From Camelus ferus (taxonomy: Eukaryota): a stretch of DNA of 64,000 bases. Shown here in pieces: positions 52,970 through 64,000 of this stretch. The translations under genes were made by a program, and so were the position numbers. The stretch spans positions 59,646,001 to 59,710,000 of the forward strand of contig NC_045707.1 of assembly GCF_009834535.1 (NCBI RefSeq), given 5' to 3'. Under the pieces are notes generated by a model that was given only the letters and a program-made list of their open reading frames with translations, made no database searches and was not told the DNA's origin. Numbering within the stretch: position 1 is the first letter of the stretch; every line of letters begins with the position of its first letter.

Positions 52970-54424
52970 ATGCCATTTTGATCATTTACAAAATTTACTC
53001 TAACACATGTCGCAATGGGAGATAGTGAACCCGCCACCTCAGGTTTTCAGTTTTACAAAAGAGTCCTTTACAACATCAAAATACAGCAACAAGAGATGGC
53101 CTGTTGTTTTGTTTCTTTGCGTTTTCTCTTTGATGGAGATTTTATCATTACTTTATTGGGGAAATTAGGTAAATTTTTGCCACTGCCCTCTGATCTGGTG
53201 ACTTTATCTCCAGGCAGAATTGCAACACTTTTTAACAAATCATTCCATTTTCTGGGAACAGTAAAGAAATTGTACCATGTGTCCAATTAATGATCTCTCC
53301 CACAGATATTGAATTTCTCTACTGGCTCTGGTGACTAGGAATCCAAAGAAAAGCACTTCTTATAGCAAAAAATGGAGCAACGGTAAATAAAGGCTGGAGA
53401 GAAAGGAGATTTCAAAGGAAATTTGTCAGAGATTCATTCAGCACTCCTGCAAGAATTCAGTTTTGTTTTCTCACTATGTGACTCAGAACCCACAAAAAGA
53501 GGAAAGAGTAGCAATGATTTTGACTGTGGTTTGTAAATTGTTGTGTGAGAGAGAGACAGAGAGGGAGACTGAGAAGAAAGGACAGGACTTCAGAGTCAAA
53601 GAGACCAAGGGTGGAATTCCCACCCTACCCTAGCACCTCTCTGAGCTCATTTCTACATATCTTTAATGGGAATAACAATAAATTGGGCATAGCATCCAAC
53701 ATGCGGTAGGTACTCAAAAAGCATTAGTGACTATCATTAGTTTTCATTGCCACTTAGTACCAAGTTCACAGATTATCTTTTCCAAATAAACTGCAAGTGT
53801 TTGTTTAAAGAAAAAATGTGCTTATCCCTCAAGACGTAGAATTTAGTGATTTGCTGATAATTAATAAGTTAATCCAAACATCTACAGCTTCTTGACTAGA
53901 TTTGTCCCTCTTTCATTGCTCTTGAGCTTGGTGTCTTAGACAAAAGTTTGCTTCATTACATTCTCATTTTCACCTGTATTTTTGAACTCTCCTTTTACTG
54001 GATCTTTCCATATTTCATTCCATCCCCAGCTTTAAAAGAAATAGACTTACTCAAGTCACTTTTGCATCCTTCCCCCATCCTCTACAGAATAAGTCCAAAC
54101 TCCTTACTGGGCATTTAATGCCATCTTCCTGTTGCCTCACCTCAAATTCACCTCTCTTATTTTTCATCCTACTTTCTAGGATTGGTGAATTAATTTGTAG
54201 TTTTCCAAACACAGCACAGCGTTTCCTATTTTGGTAAATGCTATTCTATCTAAGATGTTCTTTCTTCCATATTTACCTGACTAAACAAATTCATCCTTGA
54301 AAACATGGTTGAAATGTTACTTTACCCATATATGGAAAATTAATCAGTGTCTCCTTTGATCCACTACCAATTCTTAGTATTACTGATTTTTGAATTAAAC
54401 TATTAGATATTTTTATAGTGTTAT

Positions 54425-54620
54425 AACAGGTAATAAGTTGACCACCCACTGTGTACTAGGCACACTGTTGACAAAGAGTTTATAGGCAATATCTCATTTA
54501 TTCTTCACAACAATTTTATATGGTTAGTTTATATTACTCTCTTCATTTTATAGATAAGGAGGCTGAGGCTTAAGTATTAAATGACTTCCAGGGTCACTTT
54601 GTTAGTAAATATTGGAGCAT
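54425..54620 (-). mobile_element. MIR SINE
   Basis: atctcatttattcttcacaacaa...cattttatagataaggaggctgaggct. Confidence 0.8.
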
Positions 54621-54930
54621 TCCAAAATGAGAACTGGGGTCAGCAAATGTCAAATCCTGCAAACAGGATGGAAACAGGAGGTAAGTGTTAACCGAGAAGA
54701 GAGATCTTTTTAAAAGTCACTGGTAAACCTCCAGGAAAACAGAAGTCAGAAATCAAGAAAAGCAAAGCAAGTGTAAAGCTTGCAATAGTGGCAATGGACA
54801 CAAGCCACTCTCTAGAGAAATGGTATCTGCAAAGTTAGAAAGATGGTGTGATCATCTGAAGCAAGTGGAAGGAAATTATTATTATTAAAAACAGTAAAGA
54901 TCTGAGCATTTTTGGAAGCTGATCCTAAAG

Positions 54931-55138
54931 CAGTGTTTCTCAACTGAGTGTGATTTTGCCTTCCTCATAGATACACTTCACAACATGTGGAGACATTTTT
55001 GGTCGTCACAACTGGAGAATGCTACCGGCATGTAGTAGATAATGGCAGGGATGACGCTGAATATTCTGCAATAGTAAGACTGCTCCTCCACAACACAGCA
55101 TTATCAGGTCCAAAATGTGACAAGGTTGAAAAGTCTTG
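54931..55138 (+). mobile_element. MER20 hAT-Charlie MITE (near full length)
   Basis: cagtgtttctcaact...ggagacatttttggtcgtcacaactgg...tgctaccggcat...ccaaaatgt...aggttgaaaagtcttg. Confidence 0.88.
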
Positions 55139-56511
55139 GTCCAAAGGATCCAACGGAGAGGAAGAGATTGAAAAAAATATGAGAAAGGTGGTAACAGATA
55201 GGACAAAATCAGGAAAAAGAAAGGGAATAAATAATGAAAAGATCAGCCTTAGAAAAATTTTATCAAGAGTGACTGTTTTCATTCCTCTTTCATTTTTTTT
55301 TAAAAACAGATATAGAGATTGAAGTTCAGAGAGTTTAACTGACTGATCTTTTCAAAATCTAGCAGAAGTTTAGCTCTTCGAGCTCCCAATTGAATGTTCT
55401 TTTAATTATACCACCTAATATTTTAGGTTCAAGATTGACAGAGTAATTGTTAGAGATGTGATAACATAAATACCAACCATGAAACAATTAATTGTTCAAA
55501 AATTAATGATGTACCTATTGATTTTATATTTCCATAAAAATATATATTTGGTGCCTTCCTTTTTATTATAGGGAAGAAAAATTTTCTATAATACTGGAAA
55601 GGAAGAAACTAAGAAGAATATGTTTAGCCAATTGGCATCAAATACACACTTAATACTGACACTAGCAGAAGAACAGTTTAAAAGTTGTATGAGATTGTCA
55701 ACATTTAATCAAATAGAATTTCTACCCGAATCTTTGGTAATTTCACAGTTGAAAGCATTAAATATAACTCTTTGAAGACTCTGTAAAGCACACACTAAAA
55801 TAATAGATGATAGTACCAGATTGCACATTTCTACAAATCGTTACTTAAGGAAAATAAATGTATGATACTGACAACCTGAGTCTTCCGCCAACAGAGAAAC
55901 CATTAAAATTCAAGGATTATTACAACATTCTTCACACCAGTGCCACCACGAAGGCAAAAACAATTAAAACAGCCACTAACAGCTTAACTATGACACTTGG
56001 GAGCATGGATGAGAAAAAGAAATCATGTTTCTTTAAATGCAAATAAGTAAATGTGCAAGCACAGCAGAAACAGGGAGAGCAGGCAGAATCATCCAGAGAC
56101 CTGAGGGCTGACCTCTGCAGCTGTGGGCCTGGCCAGCTCTGGAAGTGCTACCATGCGAGCAAGCCCACAGGAGTGTCAACAGTCCTCAGCAATCAGGCAT
56201 CTTCTCCATGAAGGAAACAGCTGGAGGCCAGCGCCAGCCATCTACTTCACTGACATCTGCTGCTATATATTTCTGTCATAGGGTTTCTTTTCTTTATTTC
56301 TGTTATTCAAACAGTTCGGTAGAGAGCATGGATCAACTTAATTGTCTTCCCCTGATCATGCTAGGCATTTGGGTGCACTTATCATTTATTTGCAACTCAC
56401 TAGCAATACTATTAAATACTTAAAACAAACCTTACCAATATATGTATAGAAGTCAAGTCAACCAATAGCCCTTCATCTCTCCCCCTGGCAGCAGCAGAAC
56501 TCTTCACTGAT

Positions 56512-56749
56512 GCAGTGTTGTGTATTGGCTAAGGGTAATGTCACACAGTCTTAGTTTAAATCCATATTCTACCACACTAAGCTACTGGCAAGTAATTTAC
56601 CCTCAGCCTCAGTTTCTTCATCTGTAAAATGGGGATAATAACAATGTCTAGATCATAAGGCTATTGTGAGGACTGAATGGGATACTCTATGAAGGGCTTG
56701 ATCCAGCACATGGCATATAGCAAGCCTCCATAAACATTAGTTAATACTA
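56512..56749 (+). mobile_element. MIR SINE (near full length)
   Basis: Core agcctcagtttcttcatctgtaaaatggggataata...ttgtgagga...tggcatatag. Confidence 0.9.
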
Positions 56750-57484
56750 GTCCCTTTCTGCTAGGATTTCTCTTAAATGTCATTGACAGTGTAATTTTGT
56801 CTCATTTTTACATTACAGCCTTCCTCACGAAGTCTGCCTACACCTATAATCTGACCCCAAACTGTTCATTTTCATGAATAGTCTGTTCAAACTTTGATGG
56901 TTTCTCACTGGGTATTCTTCTATGAAGCTTTCCACTCAAAAGAATGCTTTTTCCTCTCTATATCTGAGTCCTATCTGCCCATTAAATTCCAACTACTTGA
57001 TAAAGTTTTTTTTTTTTGAATGTTTCAACCAGATAGGATTTTTCTCAAACCTAAAATCCTACAAAATAATTGTCCTCATTAGCAATATTACCCACAACAT
57101 ATTTGCTTGTCTATATCACAACTTGTTTTGTTTTTTTTAAAAATTTCATTTAATGCTTTTGAGTTCTTCTGTTTTCAAAGCATTAGTGTTAACACTTATG
57201 AACAAAATAGTAAGAAATAAGCTCTATCTTGATTGTCCTTACAACTAGTAGGGTAAGAACATCAAACAGACATCCATTCTACCATGTACACAAATGCCAC
57301 TATTCTTTCAAGAATTTTCTTTATATTTCCCCAACTGGATGTAAACTTTCCTTCCTTTTAACAATTTAGTTATTCCTTTCTTTGACTTTCAAAGTAAGTC
57401 TATAAAAGTAGGTAAAATTTGGAGGAAAGGGTGTAACTAGAAAAAATGCTGCAAGTATATCATGAAGAGAGTATGTAAAAGACC

Positions 57485-57695
57485 AAAATAGGCTTTGTAG
57501 AGACAAACCTAGTTTCAAGTTCTGGATTTCTTTACTATTAGTTAACCGTCTGATCTTATAAGTGTCTCCCACTTTATCCAAGCCTCAGTTTACTTCTCTA
57601 TTAATGTGGATAACAATGCCTTCTTTGACACATTGTAAGAATAACATGAGAAATTTCTTATAAAGGATAAGATAGATGCTCAAAAAATTAACTGT
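57485..57695 (+). mobile_element. MIR SINE
   Basis: agacaaacctagtttcaagt...aagcctcagtttacttctcta...ttgtaagaat. Confidence 0.7.
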
Positions 57696-58196
57696 TTTCT
57701 ATAGCAATATAAAAAGGATCTTGGGTTTGCACAGATAATCTAAGAAGAAAGAGTTGAGCAAGCTCAAGTCTGGAAAGAAGTTAGAAATGAGAACAGAGGT
57801 AAAAGCTAGATGGCAGATTAAGTTGAAAGGAGGCTGGGGATTAAAAAGTGAAAGCCAGTTGTCAGTGGTAGGTATGGCCAAGGAACTTTCATGAACTGGG
57901 ATGTCTAATGCTCAACCGTATGTTACTTGCTGAACTGTGACAAGGTAAAATACTCTAAATCTTAATCTGCAGATTCTTAAGTAAAGTTTCCAGAGCAAAG
58001 TGACTCTTTTTCTCACTTGGGTGAAAACCCAGGAAAAATGGAAAAATAAATCTGTATGAAGAGAGACGCTAGAAAATTCAAGGAAAGTAAGAAATCAGAA
58101 TGAAAGATAGCTAGAGAAAATGTAAGTCCTTGAGATGTCATGGCGGAATTTAAAAATGTATCTGACGTGGCATCTGTAACTCAAGTTATTTATCTG

Positions 58197-58561
58197 TTAA
58201 GACCACAATGAGATATCACCTCATACCTGTCAGAAAGGCCATCATCAAAAAGAACAAAAAAAACCAAACAGTGAGGATACGGAGAAAAGGGAACCCTCGC
58301 ACACCGTTGCTGGGGATGTAAAATGGTGCAGCCCTTGTGGAGAACAGTATGAAGGTTTCTCAATAAACTAAAAATAGAACTACCATATGACCCAGCAATT
58401 CCACTCCTGGGTATATACCCCCAAAAAGCCAAAAACACTAATTCAAAGAGATTCATGCACCTCAATGTTCACAGCAGTATTATTTACAATAGCCAAGATA
58501 TGAAAGTGACCTAAGTGTTTATAAACATACAAATGATAAAGAAGGCGTGGTATATATATGT

Positions 58562-58602
<41 letters not shown>

Positions 58603-59048
58603 AATACTACTAAGCCATTAAAAAGAACAAAATGTTGCTATTTGCGGCAACAGGGATGGAGTTGGAGGGGATTATGCTAAGTGAAATAAGCCAGACGGAG
58701 AAAGACAAATACTATATGACAACACTTATACGTAGAATCTAAAAATATACAACAAGCTAGTGTATATAACAAAAAAGCAGACTCACAGTTACAGAGAACA
58801 AATTGGTGTTTACCAGTAAGAAAAGGGGAGGGGGAAATAGGAGGGGCAACATAGGAGTGGGGGTGTACGAGGTACAAAGCATTAGGTATAAAATGGGCTA
58901 CAAGGATCTATTGTACAGCATGAGGAATGGAGACAATATTTTATCATAACTATAAATGAAGTATAACCTTTAAAATTGTGACTCACTATACTGTACATCT
59001 GTAACTTATATAATATTGTATAGCAACTATATGTCTATAAAAAAAAAA
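58197..59048 (+). mobile_element. 5'-truncated L1 (ORF2 C-terminus remnant, 3' UTR and A tail)
   Basis: Encodes degenerate [18 protein letters not shown]...[15 protein letters not shown] of L1 ORF2. 3' UTR has a G-rich tract and A tail at about 59039-59048. No clear TSD. Confidence 0.93.
58564..58600. repeat. Perfect (CA)18 microsatellite inside the L1
   Basis: Uninterrupted CA run seen directly. Confidence 0.97.
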
Positions 59049-59621
59049 GAGCAGTGAGATGAAATAGTCTGAAAAAGTTGGGACACCCAAGAAGGAGACA
59101 CACAGTAGCTGGATAGGCCTATCATGGAAGAGGTGACAACAACTAGGAGACTGAAATGCCTGAATGAAAAAACTGTTAAGACTTGAGAAGTAACTAACTT
59201 TTTTTTTTTTTATCCCCATAAGCAGGATGGTGAACATGCTGAGTGAATGTGGTGGAGAACCAGAGGAGAAGAGACCGATTTGGATTTATTACAATAATTG
59301 ACAGAAAACTTAACAAGGGCCAAAGCATGAGGATGTGCATAAGGGGAGAAATCCAAGCAGTAATACAGAAGCAAAAATCTCCAATTTCCAGCAAACTATG
59401 GAATGTGAGATAGCAAGCTATGTCACCAGAAATGAGACTAGGAATTCAAGATGAGATGTCTGGAATGATGCCATGTGCACTAATCAAAAACAAGCGTACG
59501 AGAAGGGAGTGCCTGGCGGAAGATACATTCCTGACACTGTCATATACAGGTTTGTTCTCTCTAACCAGACTGGGAGGCTGTTTGGTGCAAGGACCAGCAC
59601 AGTACTCCACATAAATGTTTC

Positions 59622-60065
59622 TTAATGACAGTCGTCTATTGTGGGTACTCTCCATGGTCTCTTTTCCTTAGAAATAGAACCCATAATTTTTAGTTGGGCA
59701 CATGGCTGCCTAGAAGAAACTACATTTTCCAGTCTCTACTGCAACTAGATAAAGCCTTGGAACTATAAACAGGACAACTGGATGAGGAAAAATCTTTAAT
59801 GAAACAGGATGTGCCCTTTTAATTAAGTGGAACTCAATTATCCACTCAAGGCCTAGAGCTGGATACCAAACTGATGATGGTAGGCAAAAAAGAGAGCCTC
59901 ATTCCCTGACAATTTCATGAAGTCACCCTACCAGTCATGGATGGATTACTTCCAGATATCCTTTACATGAAAAAGAAATAAACTCCTATCTTATACTATT
60001 GTTACGTTGACTTTTTTTTTTTTTTTTTTACCATTTGCAGCCAAATCTCATTATCTCTTACACAA
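59622..60065 (+). mobile_element. Old ERVL/MaLR LTR (LTR33-like)
   Basis: ttccttagaaatagaaccc...agttgggcacatggctgcctag...actacattttccag; 3' part agaaataaactcctatctt...ttgcagccaaa. Confidence 0.7.
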
Positions 60066-60799
60066 CTACCCTGATCATTTTTGCTATTTTCTTGAGTTCT
60101 GTTTTTTCAAAAGTTTATAAAAATCATTAAATATCCTTTCCTAACATTTAAGAATATTCTGAAATGCTGACCAGACACTCTTTACATTTGTTTGAAAAAG
60201 CTTTTAATCTGATAAGTGGCATGGTAAAAACATCCTTATAAATACAACATTGCTTACCACAGAGTCTTAGTGGAATATCAGATGTATGATTGATATGTTG
60301 GCTAACCAAAGAGATCAACCAAAATTCTATTGAAAACAGTCCTTACAGTGGTCAAGTCTTAGGCCAAGGCCATTTATCAAAGTGGAGGTTTGACTAAACC
60401 TGCAGAGATGCTAGCCATGGTCAGGAGAGAAAAATGGTTTCTCTTCTTCCATCGAATCCAGACAAGTCATTGTGGGTACACAGAATATTAGAACAGAGTG
60501 CTGTGACATTCGCTTGTAGTTAATTGCATAAAGTTAAATAACTTTAGTCTTTTGTTGATAATTTATAATTCCTTACTTTTATGCTGAATTATGCTGAGAA
60601 CTCTAAGCCTAAAATTACTTATTTTCTTTTAACTGACATTTCTTGCATAGACAATGCTTTCCTAAAACACAAAAGGAATAATATAATTTTAGAACTATAA
60701 GTCATTTAGAATTCATTCATTCCAGACCTGACGTTTTGCAGATTGAATGATCCAAAGAGACTCTTGAACTTAACTAAATCTTTCTCAGTATAATTTTTT

Positions 60800-61125
60800 G
60801 TTCATTCACTGATTCATTCATTCATACATTAATCCATTTAATTACTATTTAATTATTATGCATAAAGCACTGGGTGTTGGAGCACAGAATAAGGCCCTAG
60901 CTTGTATATATTTTCAATTTAGTGGGGAAGAAAGAAATTATTCAGGTGATTAACATACAGTAGAAATTAAGGTGCCATAAGTATTAGCACAGGTGAAGAA
61001 CCACAGGAGAGAAAAGAAGGGAAAGAGCAAAGGGTAACGAGCAAAGGCTTTCTGGAGAAAGCTGCCTTGGGCAGCACCTGAGAGGATTTGAACAGGTGAG
61101 GACAGATGGAGTGGACATTTCAGAC
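60800..61125 (-). mobile_element. L2 LINE 3' fragment
   Basis: ttcattcactgattcattcattca...tttagtgggga...aaaggctttctggagaaag. Confidence 0.65.
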
Positions 61126-62025
61126 AAAAAAGGGTGACTTTCTCTTTAACTTGTAGAGTTAATTTCCATGTGAAGGTTTTTTTCTTATATTAATTTAAAT
61201 TACATTGGAATGAGAAAGTAAAATCAAACCATTCCTTAAGAAGCCAGAGGCGAGAGAATGGTGACTCTGTAATGCTTGACATCACTGTTAACACTGCATT
61301 AAAAAGTGATATTTATCAAGGTACAAATGAATCTCCAAGAAGCTCCCCAATGGAAGGGCCATGCTACCCTACAGCATCTGGAGAAAACGAGTGTAGTATG
61401 GCTTAAAAACCAAGATCTATGAGCTACTGCTCACGAATGTCATAAATTAAGTGACTGAAAAAGATGTCAGTAATAAGTTAAACAGTAGGGTTTCAATTTA
61501 CAAGTGAAAACCCAGACAAATGTGCAGTATCAAGGAAAATAACATTTCATTTTCCTTCATAATGCAATGAATTAAGCCGTCTAGGATTCACACATTCAAT
61601 CAGAAAGTGTTTAAAATGCAAATGGCATTTAGAGAAAAGTGATGATGTCTGCAGAAGTCTTTACAAATAAATCTTTTTTTACATTATAATATATATGCAA
61701 ATAGCCCCCCTTTTCTCACATTTGTGATTGGTTATGATTATGATTACGAGAGAGATCTAGGATTTAACGAGGCACTTTATCAGTAAGCAGTACTGATACC
61801 ATATGCATATTCAAAGAATTTGGTTCACAACTTTTACAACAACTATAAACTATAAATACAATTCTAGATAGGCTAAATATTCAGCTTTTCAGCTATATAA
61901 ACTACTTACTGTCTTACACCAGTATTCCCCTACTGCTCCCCATTTCACAACATGCTTTATAGTTCACCTGAAGTGCAATTTGCATTTTAGCTTTGTAAGT
62001 CTATAGGTAACCCATAGCCACTAAC

Positions 62026-62268
62026 CTTGCTGTCTTCTGTCTCCTTCGTTTTTCCTTGGAGGAGTTTCTTCTCTTCAAATTCACAGGTTGAGTGTAATGT
62101 GAGCTGACAAGAAAGCATTGAGCTCTCTGTTTCAGTAAGTTCCAAAGGTCCTGAAGAACAGTGCTGTGACCCAGTAGTGCCAAGATTTGGTATCGGAAGA
62201 GCAGTATGAACAGGCTTTGACCCAACAGCTGGCTGCCTCAGTTTTGAGGCAACCCCAAGTACAGGCAT
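62026..62268 (-). CDS. NAV3: Neuron navigator 3, first coding exon (aa 1-81)
   Basis: Translates MPVLGVASKLRQPAVGSKPVHTALPIPNLGTTGSQHCSS...QGKTKETEDSK, which matches the NAV3 N-terminus as I recall it. ATG is in a gaagccATG context. After 243 nt there is a canonical donor AAG/GTTAGT at 62026/62025 (phase 0), just before the CH-domain exon (IYTDWANHYL) would begin. Confidence 0.96.
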
Positions 62269-62838
62269 GGCTTCTATAAAAGTGTCTTCTTGCTGCCAAA
62301 GAAAATGCTTCTAACCTCAGTCTGGTAGACTCCAACTTTAGTATTTCCAGAACAAATACTTTAAACAAAACTAGCAGTCATCATGATTTAAAAAAAAAAA
62401 AAAGGCTAATAATATAACTTTCAAGAAGAGGCAAAATTCCCCTTCATCTTTAGCTAAGTATCTTTCTTTCTTGCTGGCTTGAATTTTCATATTCTCATTC
62501 TCTTATATATCCATTCTCTCTCTCTCTCTCTTCAGTCAGTCAGTGACCATGTAATATTAAATACTCCTCTGGGAAGTAAGCTTTTCTTGAAGGTAACTGC
62601 TACAAAGCTCTTTTTCTAGGATTAAAGAGCTCCTAGTTTTACTTTTTTTTTTACCCCTCACTACAGCAATCTGAGTCTCAGCATTGCGAGTGAAAAAGAG
62701 GAGAACAAAAGCAAAGACCTTCAGTTCAAGTGTCAAAGCAGCCAAAAAGCCCACAATAGAGGAAGGACAGGCGTTCTTCCTGACTTCAGAAATAACCAGC
62801 CTACATTCTCTTTTTAAAGAAAATTGTATTTCTCCCAG
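62269..62838 (-). other. NAV3: Probable NAV3 5' UTR (TSS position inferred)
   Basis: Sequence directly upstream of the ATG with no recognisable transposon. It contains (GA)n and T14 tracts and is bounded by a long poly(dA:dT) tract. The upstream limit is an inference. Confidence 0.55.
62514..62532. repeat. (TC)n/(GA)n microsatellite in the NAV3 leader
   Basis: ttctctctctctctctctt seen directly. Confidence 0.9.
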
Positions 62839-63100
62839 CTTTAAAAAAGAAAAGAAAAAGAAAAAAAAAAAAAAAAAAAAGGACACGTTTAATGGCCAAA
62901 ACAAACAGCTGCTGGAAGAACTTTTAGCCCGGAAACAATCTCAGCAATGAAGCTGTTTGTCTGATTTCCAGCTATTTTTCACTACTGACAGCCATAAACC
63001 ATGGTGTGCATTCTGTTTCATCCCATGAAATCAGGTTAAATTCATGCAGTAGCAGCTAAAGCTGCTAAATGATTCAGCAGATTACGCCTGCCTAGGTTAC
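62839..63100 (-). promoter_or_regulatory. Putative CpG-poor NAV3 proximal promoter
   Basis: Poly(dA:dT) tract 62843-62880, E-box CAGCTG 62906-62911, ETS core CCGGAA 62929-62934 and SOX-like AACAAT 62934-62939. No CpG island. The first upstream repeat (MIR) starts near 63160. Confidence 0.45.
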
Positions 63101-63159
63101 AAAAATATCGTAAATACAGAAAGCAGGGCACCAGATACATAGTAATTGTTTTTAAATTT

Positions 63160-63372
63160 AATAATGGTGATAATAAAAGTATTTATACCTAATACATACG
63201 TGACGTGTACTAGACGGCAGTTATGGGGCAAGCGCTTTATGCGTTGTCACACTTAATCAATGGAATGGCTCAAAAATAGGCATAATTCTTTTTTCCACTT
63301 TAAAGAAAGGATAACTCAGATTCATCTGAGTGGTTTGACCAAAGTCATACAGTTAGAAAGTGGAAAGTCCTG
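63160..63372 (-). mobile_element. MIR SINE
   Basis: aataataaaagtatttat...cttaatc...ccactttaaaga...gaccaaagtcatacagttagaaagtgg. Confidence 0.7.
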
Positions 63373-64000
63373 CATCATTTAAAGAGTAATTTAAAAAATT
63401 ATCTTAGAAGCAATTGAAAATAACATTATTATTCAAGCTCATTAAATCCAACTTAAAATCCTAAGCTTCTGAAAAGCGTTCAATGGTATACTCAATGACC
63501 ATGAACAACAATGCTTCTATTTGTACAATTATTTTATGATAATCAGATCATGTCTCATTTCTGGTAAAAGCAAGTCAGGATGTATAACAAAAGCAAGGGG
63601 TAAGTTTTTAGGAAAACATGGGACAGCATTATTCTCTTTAAAGCAGTTGTACTTTGATAACAGAGAAATTTTTCCACCATTAAGTAAATATCATAGTTGA
63701 GATTTCAAAAGCAAATATCTACCTAATAACAGGAATGTTTTTGATTTTATATCCTTTATGTGGAAGAATTCTGTAAGACACCAATAGATTTACTCTTCTT
63801 TTTAAAAAATAAATTATATACATTATATTTATAAAATATTTTAAGAATCAGTAATATTGCAAGTAAAGTTCCTAGAAAAATGAATGGACATTTAATATGC
63901 ATTCAAGAAATGGTGGTAATTATAAGAATCATAATTATTATTGTAGAAAATCTCTCTCTATAGTAAAGGAATTATTTTTTGTCTGTCATTTCCAGCTCTA

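Larger units (their letters stand above)
1..62025 (-). other. NAV3: NAV3 intron 1 (partial; continues beyond the window start)
   Basis: Begins at the GT donor at 62025. No sequence encoding NAV3 exon 2 or any other credible exon was seen in 1-62025, which is repeat-rich and AT-rich. Confidence 0.85.

Noticed and set aside
54987..55322. 111-aa ORF and overlapping antisense ORFs
   Set aside because: Mostly MER20 sequence plus purine-rich flank.
58190..58877. ORFs over the L1
   Set aside because: Antisense frames of a truncated, frameshifted L1 ORF2 end and 3' UTR.
61987..62025. Last 12 codons (VSGYGLPIDLQS*) of the 93-aa ORF
   Set aside because: Read-through past the NAV3 GT donor into the intron. 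I saw no nearby AATAAA on the minus strand to support a truncated isoform.
62557..62950. Poly-Phe (minus) and poly-Lys (plus) ORFs
   Set aside because: Artefacts of the A/T homopolymer. They have non-ATG starts and no recognisable protein similarity.
1..64000. CRISPR array, operon or other novel multi-gene system
   Set aside because: No regularly spaced direct repeats and no long ORFs. The window is explained by one vertebrate exon, its intron and known repeat classes.

Overview
AT-rich, CpG-poor mammalian genomic DNA, almost certainly camelid, judged from Vic-1-type tRNA-derived SINEs and camelid-type L1 3' ends. The only supportable coding sequence is the first coding exon of NAV3 (neuron navigator 3) on the minus strand at 62026-62268 (81 codons, phase-0 GT donor). 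Its AUG-rich 5' leader and CpG-poor promoter lie at about 62269-63100. Positions 1-62025 appear to be NAV3 intron 1; I did not see exon 2. That intron is filled with ancient repeats (MIR, L2, MLT1/MLT2, MER20/58/81/102/5, Tigger1 derivative, old L1) and younger lineage-specific ones (SINEs, L1 3' ends, an ERV1-class solo LTR). I found no prokaryotic-style system, CRISPR array or RNA gene, and no evidence of a new multi-gene system. The best second-look items are a tiny L1 insertion with both a 5' inversion and a probable 3' transduction, the uORF-dense NAV3 leader, a hairpin/B-box inside the solo LTR, and several motif-dense candidate intronic enhancers. Repeat family names come from recalled consensus sequences, not from a database search, and boundaries of old repeats are approximate.
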